This document shows, in pieces, positions 55,959 through 64,000 of a stretch of DNA of 64,000 nucleotides (its first letter is position 1; each line of letters begins with the position of its first letter). The notes below the pieces were generated by a model. That model saw only the letters and a program-made list of their open reading frames with translations. It was not told where the DNA came from and did not search any database. Source of the DNA: an uncultured virus (IMG/VR IMGVR_UViG_3300048839_000486) (lineage: Duplodnaviria; Heunggongvirae; Uroviricota; Caudoviricetes). Both the position numbers and the translations under genes were made by a program. The stretch lies in IMG/VR virus record IMGVR_UViG_3300048839_000486. One strand, written 5' to 3'.

Positions 55959-56519
55959 CTAGCCCTCCTGCCGCGCCGACTGCGCCGCCATGACCTCTTG
56001 GAGTTTGGCAGCAACCTCTTCGCCCGTGAAGGCGCCTCGGCCCATGAAGGCGCAGAGGATGTCCCACGCATCGCCCGCAAAAGGAATCTGCTGGCCGTCT
56101 CGCGAGTTGAAATGGTAGAGCCACCCGTTCTGGAGCGCCATGTTGATGCAGTTCTGGAGAAGTTCATCCACCGTGCAATTCTGGAACGCGGCGATCTCCT
56201 TCAGTGGCTCAATGAACGCCGGATCGACGTTGGCTTTGATCGTGTACTGGCCCTGCTCCCGGCCCATGGCCGCACTCACCACGTCCACGATCTCCCTGGG
56301 AGACTGGAAGACCTTCCCGCAAGCGTTTTCGAGCGCGTCGAGGTCGCGCTTCGTCATCATCATGCCGCCGTCGGCATGTTGGGCGATGAAGTACTTCGCG
56401 AGCCGCGTCAATTCCCTGCCAAGCTCAAAGTCCTTTCCCGCCTGGTCTCGGAGTGCCGCGATGTGGGATTCGCGAACCTCGACAGTCACTGGATGTAGGA
56501 ACGATTTTTCTTTCGCCAT
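55959..56519 (-). CDS. Hypothetical protein, possible RHH-type regulator
   Basis: Two beta-alpha-alpha-like segments (VTVEVRESHIAALR; IKANVDPAFIEPLKEIA...TVDELL). Confidence 0.55.
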   Translation of the reverse strand: MAKEKSFLHPVTVEVRESHIAALRDQAGKDFELGRELTRLAKYFIAQHADGGMMMTKRDLDALENACGKVFQSPREIVDVVSAAMGREQGQYTIKANVDPAFIEPLKEIAAFQNCTVDELLQNCINMALQNGWLYHFNSRDGQQIPFAGDAWDILCAFMGRGAFTGEEVAAKLQEVMAAQSARQEG

Positions 56520-56525
56520 GCTGTC

Positions 56526-56540
56526 TCCGAACTAGCACAA
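56526..56540 (-). promoter_or_regulatory. Repeated late-region motif TTGTGCTAGTTCGGA, copy 3
   Basis: Identical to the copies at 35470 and 53621; ends 6 nt before ATG 56519. Confidence 0.7.
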
Positions 56541-56565
56541 AAACCGAAAAAAACCAAGACATCTT

Positions 56566-58767
56566 CTAAAGAGAGTGGTAATCCACCTCAAGTTCGTCCG
56601 CAGTCGGGTCTGGATACTTCAAGAGTTCGGCGTGTGGGTCCATCCCAACAGTCGGCTGAATCATAGACCGAATCTTGACGTGCATGGAACTACAGCGGAA
56701 GCACCGTCGATAGTCGGATGGCTGGTTTGCCGGCCACCGCTCCCCGCAGCTTTCACACGAAAAGATGTACGGAGCCGACTCCAGGGTGAGTTCGCTCTCC
56801 ACTCGGAGGATGCCTTTGTCGGAATCCCAATCTCGCTCATGAGCGGTCGCATAGGCGATCATCAGCGCCATGATGCGATCGTCGTGGCCGACGCCGGCGC
56901 CCATCTTCGTGGTGGAGTTGTCTTCCTTCCTGAAGTTCAGGATTTCTGTCGCTGTGACCTTACTCCGAATCAGCAGGATGCGATGATCCAGCGCCGTGCG
57001 AAGTGCATCATACAGCCTCGACTTGCTGTTGGCTGTCGTCTTCCACCCCAACCCCTGCGTTTCCATGGCGAGGCTGGAAGAGTTAAGGGGACGGAAGATG
57101 TTTGGGTACTGGAGTCGAACCCGGAGCGCATGTAAGACGATCCCGCCGCAAGTGTTGTTGATCTCCGATGCCACCATGGCGGTGTTGTAATACTGCCCCA
57201 GTCGATTCAGTAACTCAGCGAACGCAGTCGGTGAGATCACGTTTGAGGCAAACTCTGCTACCTGCTCATCTGTGCCCCCAAATCGGTGCCTCTTTATCAC
57301 CTGAGCAACGCTGTAGTCATGGTCCCCGCCCAACCCCTCGGCAATGTCAGCGCCGATGACATACTGTTCGCCCGGCACCGGGCGCTCCCACACCACAAGG
57401 GAGGTGTCCTCGTACCGATGATCGAGAGAGCACCCGCCCAGCCAGCACGTCGCCGTCTTCGGGTTATGACCGTGAAGGTTCAGCGACTTATCGAGGTAGC
57501 CAGTGAATTCCGGATCACTCAATGAGCTATTCACGTAAGCCAACTGCTTCTCGTTGAAAAGGCGGATACCAGATAGCCGGAACGCCTCCTCGGCAGTGGA
57601 GCATAGCTCCTGGCGCATCTTATTCAGGGACTGCTCATCCGACTCGGAGCTTGTTCGCTTCGTCTCCATGTAGAAAGCCTGCTCATCGGAGAGAGTGAAT
57701 TCACGAATCACCCCAAAATTGCAGTAGGAGCAAACCGATCCAATCTGCTCCACGCCATTGCTCCGGCGCGGGACGTACTGGAGGCAGAGCTTGTTATCGC
57801 AACGAGCCCAATCGCGATTGGCCCGCGCCCGCATGTCTGACTCTTCCTGTTGGATCTTCCACCCAGGCATCACCACGGAGCGGCGCGACTTGTCGAAGAA
57901 CCAGGGTAAAAACATCGGGCGCCATGGGGCACGGTCGCCCATCTTCACCATGCGCTTCCAGAATTCGTGCGAATAGGTGCCGGCGCCCTTCGCTGTGGAC
58001 TCAAGGATGCCAAAGGTGTGGGGGCCATCGGCTAGCGCATAGGTGATGTCCTCCTCGATGATGTCGCGGGCCTGCTTCGGGTTCCAGTCTGCCCACTCTG
58101 ACAGGTGCGCTCCAGCGAGCGCATGTCCCTGCCCGATGCCAGTCAGGGACGTAGCGCCCTTCGCCGTCACCCGACAGTTCATGCCGGGGTTGGTTCGGCG
58201 CTCACTGAAATCCTTGCGATCCAAGATCAAGCCGTCCTTGAATTCGCGACTGGCGCACTCCGGGCGCATCCACCACGGCAACTTGTCGTAGATGTGCTGG
58301 ACATAGCCGAACAACCGGGCCGCGTGGTCATCGTCGTAAGAGACGATGAAGCAATCCGAGTTCCGGTAGAAAACCACACGATGCGCAATCAGCGACTCTG
58401 CGACCGTGGAGATACCCAACTGCCGGGCCTTGATTACAACGATGCGCTGTGACAGGCCCTGTGCCTTCATGTGCAGGATTTCGTTCAGAAGAAGCTCTTG
58501 CGACTCCCAGAGCTTGAAAAGCTGATCCTCTTTGGTTTCTTTGTTGACGATCCAGAAGTAATTGCGGGCCGCGTAGCTGAAATCGTCCTTACAGCGCTGG
58601 ATCTCCTGGACGACGACCTGAAGCTCTTTGGCTGTGAGGTAATCCCATGGACTCCCGTGCTTCTTCCCCTGAACCCACATCGCCTCTTTCTCGTCCAGGT
58701 GCCGGATCAGTTCGTCCACCCCCTGATCCCTCTCCCATCTCGGCTTTGGTTTGTTGACTATCAGCAC
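56566..58767 (-). CDS. terL: Terminase large subunit
   Basis: KARQLGIST (Walker A), HLSEWA (Walker B), LESTAKG, IGADIAEG and HDDRIMA nuclease motifs. GTG 58767 follows GAGGA. Confidence 0.92.
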   Translation of the reverse strand: MLIVNKPKPRWERDQGVDELIRHLDEKEAMWVQGKKHGSPWDYLTAKELQVVVQEIQRCKDDFSYAARNYFWIVNKETKEDQLFKLWESQELLLNEILHMKAQGLSQRIVVIKARQLGISTVAESLIAHRVVFYRNSDCFIVSYDDDHAARLFGYVQHIYDKLPWWMRPECASREFKDGLILDRKDFSERRTNPGMNCRVTAKGATSLTGIGQGHALAGAHLSEWADWNPKQARDIIEEDITYALADGPHTFGILESTAKGAGTYSHEFWKRMVKMGDRAPWRPMFLPWFFDKSRRSVVMPGWKIQQEESDMRARANRDWARCDNKLCLQYVPRRSNGVEQIGSVCSYCNFGVIREFTLSDEQAFYMETKRTSSESDEQSLNKMRQELCSTAEEAFRLSGIRLFNEKQLAYVNSSLSDPEFTGYLDKSLNLHGHNPKTATCWLGGCSLDHRYEDTSLVVWERPVPGEQYVIGADIAEGLGGDHDYSVAQVIKRHRFGGTDEQVAEFASNVISPTAFAELLNRLGQYYNTAMVASEINNTCGGIVLHALRVRLQYPNIFRPLNSSSLAMETQGLGWKTTANSKSRLYDALRTALDHRILLIRSKVTATEILNFRKEDNSTTKMGAGVGHDDRIMALMIAYATAHERDWDSDKGILRVESELTLESAPYIFSCESCGERWPANQPSDYRRCFRCSSMHVKIRSMIQPTVGMDPHAELLKYPDPTADELEVDYHSL

Positions 58768-59197
58768 TAGAAATGTCCTCAAATTCGGCGTACACGGGCG
58801 GCGGCGCCTCGATCGCACGCACATCCGACGCCGGACGATCTATCGCTGCCCGCTCCCGGCTGTCCAGTGCCGCAACAATTGACTCAAAACTCCTCGCCCC
58901 GGAGCCCCGCCCGCCGCCGCGCCCACCTGACGCATTCAGAATCTGGTTATTGTTCTGAATCTGCACCTGTGGCCCGATCTCCAGGTACTTCATCATCTTG
59001 GCTGTCATCTGGATGATGCCGGGATCGCCCGCCTTCAACTTCTTCTTGATGGCCTCAAACATCCCATCCAAGAGATCAGGGGTATGCTCGCGGAGCTTCC
59101 GCTCCTTCTCCCTCTCAACCTGCTTGCGGGTCAGCAAGCGCCGCTTCCCAGTGTTGCCAGTTTCGGGTGCTGCTTCTTGCGTTTCAACTTCAGGCAC
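58589..59197 (-). CDS. Putative terminase small subunit
   Basis: Directly upstream of and overlapping terL; helical with KLKAGD and a QIQNNNQ tail. Confidence 0.55.
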   Translation of the reverse strand: MPEVETQEAAPETGNTGKRRLLTRKQVEREKERKLREHTPDLLDGMFEAIKKKLKAGDPGIIQMTAKMMKYLEIGPQVQIQNNNQILNASGGRGGGRGSGARSFESIVAALDSRERAAIDRPASDVRAIEAPPPVYAEFEDISSADSQQTKAEMGEGSGGGRTDPAPGRERGDVGSGEEARESMGLPHSQRASGRRPGDPAL

Positions 59198-59210
59198 TAG
59201 TCAAACCTTC

Positions 59211-61982
59211 CTATTGGACTGTGAACGTCCCACCCTTCCGCACCGTGCCGCATGACACCCGGTAGTGGTACGCCCCTGCGCTCAACTCAGTCGCCGTGAA
59301 CGTGTGCAGCCGCCCGTTCTGAGTGTCTGCCGGGTCCGCGCTGTCGTCACTCGTCGCCGGAACGGACGCCCCCACGTAAACCCGGCACGCCGCCCCGGAG
59401 GGCGCCACATACCGCAGCGTGGCCGTGCCTTCCGCCACCGACACCCGCACGCGCTGAATCGGCCGGTCGGGATCGAACAGCCAGCGCGGATCGCTGTAAC
59501 TCGAATAGATCCCGGTAATCCCCACCGCCTCATTCGTGTGGCAGTTCGCGGAGAATACTTCCGACGCCCGCGCCGAACGGAGGAAGTCAGAAGACCATCG
59601 CCCTGCCGCGCACATACCCTCGGCATAGCTCCCACTGTCAGACATGAGGGTATCGTGGCCGACTACCACCGACGGCAGGGTGTACGTGTAGGCAGAAACG
59701 AGTTCAGCGTAACTGGTGCCGGGGCGAGAGCAACTGACCGTGGTCCCGCTAGTTCTGGCCCCCCGCGTCGTCACGTTGTAACCGCGCCCACCCCGCCAGG
59801 TGCTGCCCGCGATCATGTTATTGCCCTCGACCGCCACAATCAGGACCGTCTCCCCAACCCAGATCGTAAACGGTGGATCACCACACGCCGCGCCGTTCGC
59901 CACTGGAATCGTGGTGTCGTTTGCTCCGATGTTCGCCGTGAGCGTGGTGGAATTGTGGAACCGCACCGGATGATGGTACTGTCGCAGCATCGAGGGGTTC
60001 GCCCCTGGCTGAGTCGTCACCAACTGGTAGCGTTCGGCGTGGTGCCGAGCAAGGCCACAGGCCATCCCTTCCGTTCGGCACATATCAAAAAACGCCATCG
60101 AGATCCACACATCCATCCACGGAGATGTGCCCTCCGACACGATGGCCGTATCCTGCCCACTGCGTTGTGCTGTAGAGCCTCGCACCGTCGAGTGCCGATT
60201 TGGGTTCCGGCTGGCTTGCGATTCAATCATGAAGCCGTGACACCATCGGCTCGTGTCCGTCGTCGGATCGTAAGGGTTCGTCGTGCATGGCTCGTAAAAA
60301 TCTCCGTCCCTGACATTGAAGTACCCCTCACGTTGGGCGAGGACATCAAGAAACTTCTCACGCAGGTAGCCGTGTTGCGGGTCATCGTCCGGCACGATCA
60401 GCGAAGCCCGCCAGATGTTCCACGAAAGCCATGCGACCTGCCGATGGTTCGACTCGAAAGAACTCAGCGTCCCCCACGTTCCTTTGCGCTGCCCGGACTG
60501 GTGGGCCACCAACTGAGCCCAGAAGAAGACCGTATGCGCAAGAAACGACTGCTCCTGCATAAAGAACCAGTCCCCGGTGATGAGATAGGCCAACTGGGTA
60601 TGCGTGTGACGATGAGCGCCATCGGGAGACCATCCATTCCAATTATTCGGCGACCATGCGACAGGGCCGACCGCAGAGGGAAGCCCAGTGGTGCTGCCGA
60701 ATAACCACACGTTCGTCGTCGGACGTGTGTTCAGCGAGAGGGGCATCCCTAGCGCTGGCGTGCTGCCTCGATAGTTGGGCAACCCCGTCACCAACTCACG
60801 GTGATGGTGTGGCTGCGAGGTGACATACTCCGCGTTTCCGATCACGATGTCATAGAGGTCTTTCCTTTGCGTGTAGAGCCACAACGCCTCCCAGTGCGGG
60901 TAGAAACCGCGATCGCCTCGCCCCCCGGTCGCCGAGTAGTCTCTCGTTCGGTTGCCGCAGACTATCCCCGTCAACGTGCAGGCGAAGGGGAAATCGTTGT
61001 TCGTGCCAGCCGACCAGCCCGCCAGCACTCCATTAATGGAGGTCTGTCCCCCTAGCGCCGCTGTCTCCGTGATCGGTCCGAACGGGTAGCGGTAGGGCGG
61101 GATCATCTTTGAGTGGCGCAGGTACTCCATGTTGAAGTCGGTGTTGGTGGCGACCGGCTGGTCGCCGTCCCAGAAGGTCTTCCTCCACCACGTCAAGGCA
61201 ATCCCGCGAATCCCCGCCTGAGTCAGGACAGCGCCCGCCGACGTGCGGAATTCCACGCTGTAGCGCTGATCCTGCCGCTTCGAGGTCCAGTAATTCGCAA
61301 TGATATTCTCGATCCTCACCCCTGCACCCTGCTGGAACGTCAGAACGAAGATCGGATGCAGGCTCCGGTGCGTGGTGTCATCGGCCCAGGTGCAGGTGTC
61401 ATAGGGCGCCGTGCAGCCAGCGCCCGCCCAGCCAAAGTCGTAGATCCGGTCCACGCTGGCGTCCTCCGCGATCACCGCTGTCACCAGCGGCCCACGCAGC
61501 CAGTAGGTGAAGTGGTTCGCGGTCAGCATCGTGCGGGCGTTTGCCGTGCGCTGAGTCGTCGCGCCCACCGGATCGGCGGACACCCGCATCTCCGCATCCC
61601 ATGTCCCGCCGTTCGCTGCCAGCATCCCCGCGCCATCCAGCCCCGCTGCCTCGCACGTTGCCTGATTGCCGAGGTGACAGGCGTTGGCCGAGTCGCGGAA
61701 GTCCACCACGATGCTGCTGAGTGCCGGGATCGCTGCCTGAAAGTGGATGATGGCGTACCGCACGCTGCCATCCGGCCAGCGGTTCTTCACGTCCACCTGC
61801 CACGCCGATGCCGCCGCGTTCGAGACGAACGGCTGAGGGTAGTTGACAATCTCACCCTGAGCGAACCAACGGGGAACGCGATGGGCTTGCGAGGCCGGCA
61901 CCTCGTTCGTGGTGGAGATTGTCACCGCGTTCGACAGGCTCCAGAGGGGGAGGGCCAGTAGGGTCAGGAGGAGGAGTTTCAT
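59211..61982 (-). CDS. Large signal-peptide protein, possible polysaccharide lyase / glycan-active enzyme
   Basis: MKLLLLTLLALPLWS signal peptide; FAQGE...WQVDVKNRWPDGSVRYA N-terminal barrel-like motif; aromatic-rich core with DGAHRH; Fn3-like C-terminus. Confidence 0.6.
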   Translation of the reverse strand: MKLLLLTLLALPLWSLSNAVTISTTNEVPASQAHRVPRWFAQGEIVNYPQPFVSNAAASAWQVDVKNRWPDGSVRYAIIHFQAAIPALSSIVVDFRDSANACHLGNQATCEAAGLDGAGMLAANGGTWDAEMRVSADPVGATTQRTANARTMLTANHFTYWLRGPLVTAVIAEDASVDRIYDFGWAGAGCTAPYDTCTWADDTTHRSLHPIFVLTFQQGAGVRIENIIANYWTSKRQDQRYSVEFRTSAGAVLTQAGIRGIALTWWRKTFWDGDQPVATNTDFNMEYLRHSKMIPPYRYPFGPITETAALGGQTSINGVLAGWSAGTNNDFPFACTLTGIVCGNRTRDYSATGGRGDRGFYPHWEALWLYTQRKDLYDIVIGNAEYVTSQPHHHRELVTGLPNYRGSTPALGMPLSLNTRPTTNVWLFGSTTGLPSAVGPVAWSPNNWNGWSPDGAHRHTHTQLAYLITGDWFFMQEQSFLAHTVFFWAQLVAHQSGQRKGTWGTLSSFESNHRQVAWLSWNIWRASLIVPDDDPQHGYLREKFLDVLAQREGYFNVRDGDFYEPCTTNPYDPTTDTSRWCHGFMIESQASRNPNRHSTVRGSTAQRSGQDTAIVSEGTSPWMDVWISMAFFDMCRTEGMACGLARHHAERYQLVTTQPGANPSMLRQYHHPVRFHNSTTLTANIGANDTTIPVANGAACGDPPFTIWVGETVLIVAVEGNNMIAGSTWRGGRGYNVTTRGARTSGTTVSCSRPGTSYAELVSAYTYTLPSVVVGHDTLMSDSGSYAEGMCAAGRWSSDFLRSARASEVFSANCHTNEAVGITGIYSSYSDPRWLFDPDRPIQRVRVSVAEGTATLRYVAPSGAACRVYVGASVPATSDDSADPADTQNGRLHTFTATELSAGAYHYRVSCGTVRKGGTFTVQ

Positions 61983-62971
61983 CGGACCCCCGCCGAGGCC
62001 CCAAACTGCCCCTTGAAGGACCAGTAATCAACGTCGATGTGCTTGGCTCCGGTCGAGTCCGTCTGGACATAAAACCACGGATGGCCGTTCGCGGCGTCGG
62101 TCCAGAACGAAGACCCATCCGCGATGGTGAGGTCGCAGCCCGACACGCAGGCCGTGATCGGGGTGCCGCTGTCGAGTTGCGCGTAGACCTTTTTGTTCGT
62201 CCCGTCTGTGTAGACCCGGAAGGTGTGCCATGCCGTGTCCAGCGCCACCCCGGTCGAGACGGATGCCTGCTCACCGCCCGCGCCCCAGACCACTTCAAAG
62301 TTCCCGGTTACTGGCCGCAGCCCGATCCCGCGCGACACGCTCAGTCCGTTCGATGCCCACACCCCGAACGCGATTCGGAAGGTGATGTCGGCGGACTGCC
62401 CCAGTCGGAAGATCTTCTTCTCCTCCCAGATCTTCGTGGTGTCGGTGTAGATGTTTCCGAAGATCTGAGATCCTGTTGGGGACAAAGACACTACCCCGTT
62501 GTTTCCACTCGTCGCGCCCGACGCCACCCGCAGAACACCGTAATAGGGGCGCGCGCCCGTCTGGAGAGAGACGGTCGCGTTCGAGTTGAACCATCCGAGC
62601 GCCCCGATCTGGAGCGAGGTCGTACCGCCGCTGACAAACTCTTCAGCGGCGCAGACCCACCGGGCATCACCCGGCAGGCAAGGCACGTCCGAGAGTTCAA
62701 TCCCCCCTCCGCCGCCGCTCGTCACAGCGGTCCAGGTATTCGCCGCCGTACACAGCATCAGGTTTGAGCCGGCTTCCGCATCCGAGTCGAAAAACTGCTC
62801 ACCTACGGTACACGTCGCCGGAGCCGTCGTCCCCACCTTCGCAGGAATGGTCCAGAAAGAATCCGAGGCGTCCCAATATCCCTTCAGGACTCTCGACCCA
62901 TTGATTGTTTCAACGCTGCCCCAAAGAAGGGCGACGATGCCCAGAAACAGAAAAATCAGTGTGCGCTTCAT
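61979..62971 (-). CDS. Signal-peptide protein with a lectin-like beta domain
   Basis: MKRTLIFLFLGIVALLWG at ATG 62971; PATCTVGEQFF...NLMLC..NTW module; DTAWHTFRV concanavalin-like pattern. Confidence 0.6.
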   Translation of the reverse strand: MKRTLIFLFLGIVALLWGSVETINGSRVLKGYWDASDSFWTIPAKVGTTAPATCTVGEQFFDSDAEAGSNLMLCTAANTWTAVTSGGGGGIELSDVPCLPGDARWVCAAEEFVSGGTTSLQIGALGWFNSNATVSLQTGARPYYGVLRVASGATSGNNGVVSLSPTGSQIFGNIYTDTTKIWEEKKIFRLGQSADITFRIAFGVWASNGLSVSRGIGLRPVTGNFEVVWGAGGEQASVSTGVALDTAWHTFRVYTDGTNKKVYAQLDSGTPITACVSGCDLTIADGSSFWTDAANGHPWFYVQTDSTGAKHIDVDYWSFKGQFGASAGVR

Positions 62972-62973
62972 CG

Positions 62974-64000
62974 CTAGAAACTCCTCACAATCGTTGCCCC
63001 AAACTGGAACCCATTCGCGACCGCAATCCCCGCTCCGGTGAAATTGCAGATCTTCACCGTCATCTGGTCGATGCCGGCCACGTAGTACTCCACGATCAGA
63101 CTGGCAGGCAGTCCCGCCGGCCTGGCTCCCGCTACCGAATCCCCAGACAGCGCCCCCGGGAATGCATACGTCTGCGTCGGACACGCGCCCGCCGCGATCG
63201 TCCCCCAATCGTTCACCGTGGCTGCCACCTTCAGAAACATCGGCACCAGCGCCGGGTTGACCCCGAGCGGGGCTCCCTCACTGCCATCCCCCACCAGCGA
63301 CTCGTCCGTCACCACGGTGCCCGACCCGCCTTCGCCGCCGCCCGTGTTGGTGATCGTGATGATGTCCATTCCCTCTGTCACGCTGATTCCGGTTCCCGCC
63401 ACCAGAGTCCGCGCCGTCACGTTCGTCCCGGTCTTCAGTACCTGCGCACCGGCGCCCGAATTCGCAACGCTTGTCGTATCGCCGCTCCCACTACCACTGC
63501 TGCTCCCGCCGCCGCCTGACACGTTGACAGCGAACGCCCCGGACTGCGGAACCGCGAACGTCAAGCGGGATTCATTGTCGCTGAGGTGTTGCAGTGAGCC
63601 AGCATCCACACTCGACCCGCCGCTGTCGTACACCTGATACACCAGCGCCCGGTGTCCCGCATTGTGCTCAATGTCGATCGTCGTCACATTGTCCAGAGGA
63701 ATCCAGAGATTCGGCGATGACCCGGACCCACCACCAGGGATCAGCAATAAACGACCCGCCTGCGCCACCGCAAACGGGACCGTCACGTCAAACTGGCCTT
63801 CCCCCGCATCGGTCTGGCACTCGCCGGCGCCGGCGGCCACGACCTTGACCCCAGTGGAAGTCGCCTCCTGCGTCACGATCGCGAAGTCACAACTCCCGAT
63901 CCCATGCTCCGCCGCCGTAACAGTCCAAGTGGTAGCTGGCTCCGTGAATTCCTTAACGAACGTCGCCGTCGTTGTCGAACCTTCAACACCCCCCACCCCA
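62974..64000 (-). CDS. Beta-rich fibre-like or surface protein, 5' truncated
   Basis: Frame is open to the window end; repeated small beta modules separated by Gly/Ser linkers. Confidence 0.6.
   Translation of the reverse strand, partial: GVGGVEGSTTTATFVKEFTEPATTWTVTAAEHGIGSCDFAIVTQEATSTGVKVVAAGAGECQTDAGEGQFDVTVPFAVAQAGRLLLIPGGGSGSSPNLWIPLDNVTTIDIEHNAGHRALVYQVYDSGGSSVDAGSLQHLSDNESRLTFAVPQSGAFAVNVSGGGGSSSGSGSGDTTSVANSGAGAQVLKTGTNVTARTLVAGTGISVTEGMDIITITNTGGGEGGSGTVVTDESLVGDGSEGAPLGVNPALVPMFLKVAATVNDWGTIAAGACPTQTYAFPGALSGDSVAGARPAGLPASLIVEYYVAGIDQMTVKICNFTGAGIAVANGFQFGATIVRSF

Larger units (their letters stand above)
1..64000. mobile_element. Temperate tailed phage genome segment (podovirus-like, integrase plus intact attP)
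   Basis: Terminase, portal, capsid, tail-tubular and ejection-like genes, lysin, DnaB, integrase and attP are present. There are two convergent gene blocks, no host housekeeping operon, and no recognisable tape-measure or tail-tube gene in the window. Confidence 0.93.

Noticed and set aside
21171..63848. Many long + strand ORFs opposite the late genes
   Set aside because: Antisense shadows typical of GC-rich coding DNA, with no RBS or recognisable motifs.

Overview
The whole window reads as part of one GC-rich temperate tailed-phage genome with podovirus-like organisation; an Acidobacteria-like host is a tentative inference. Positions 1-20874 (+ strand) carry early, replication and accessory genes: a replication initiator, a tyrosine integrase, an apparently intact attP whose core is the 3' half of a tRNA-Arg(CCG), a CHC2 zinc-finger protein, DnaB, an HNH nuclease, a C5 methyltransferase with a nested out-of-frame subunit, a RusA-like resolvase and two tRNAs. 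Positions 20877-64000 (- strand) carry the late genes: signal-peptide proteins, terminase, portal, scaffold, capsid, adaptor and tail proteins, a lysis cassette, ejection proteins and a 3211-aa DarB-like protein with a 2H phosphoesterase domain. The standout is at 10939-12625. A non-coding array of 18 units (34-37 nt; GAGYGARCCA - 8-nt spacer A - GA(N4-6)CA - 8-nt spacer B) lies directly upstream of a nuclease-less Nop/IS110-C-terminal-like protein. This looks like a phage-encoded TIGR-Tas (TasA-like) dual-spacer RNA-guided system with 8-nt spacers and a degenerate loop repeat. All calls are from reading motifs by eye; no database searches were run.
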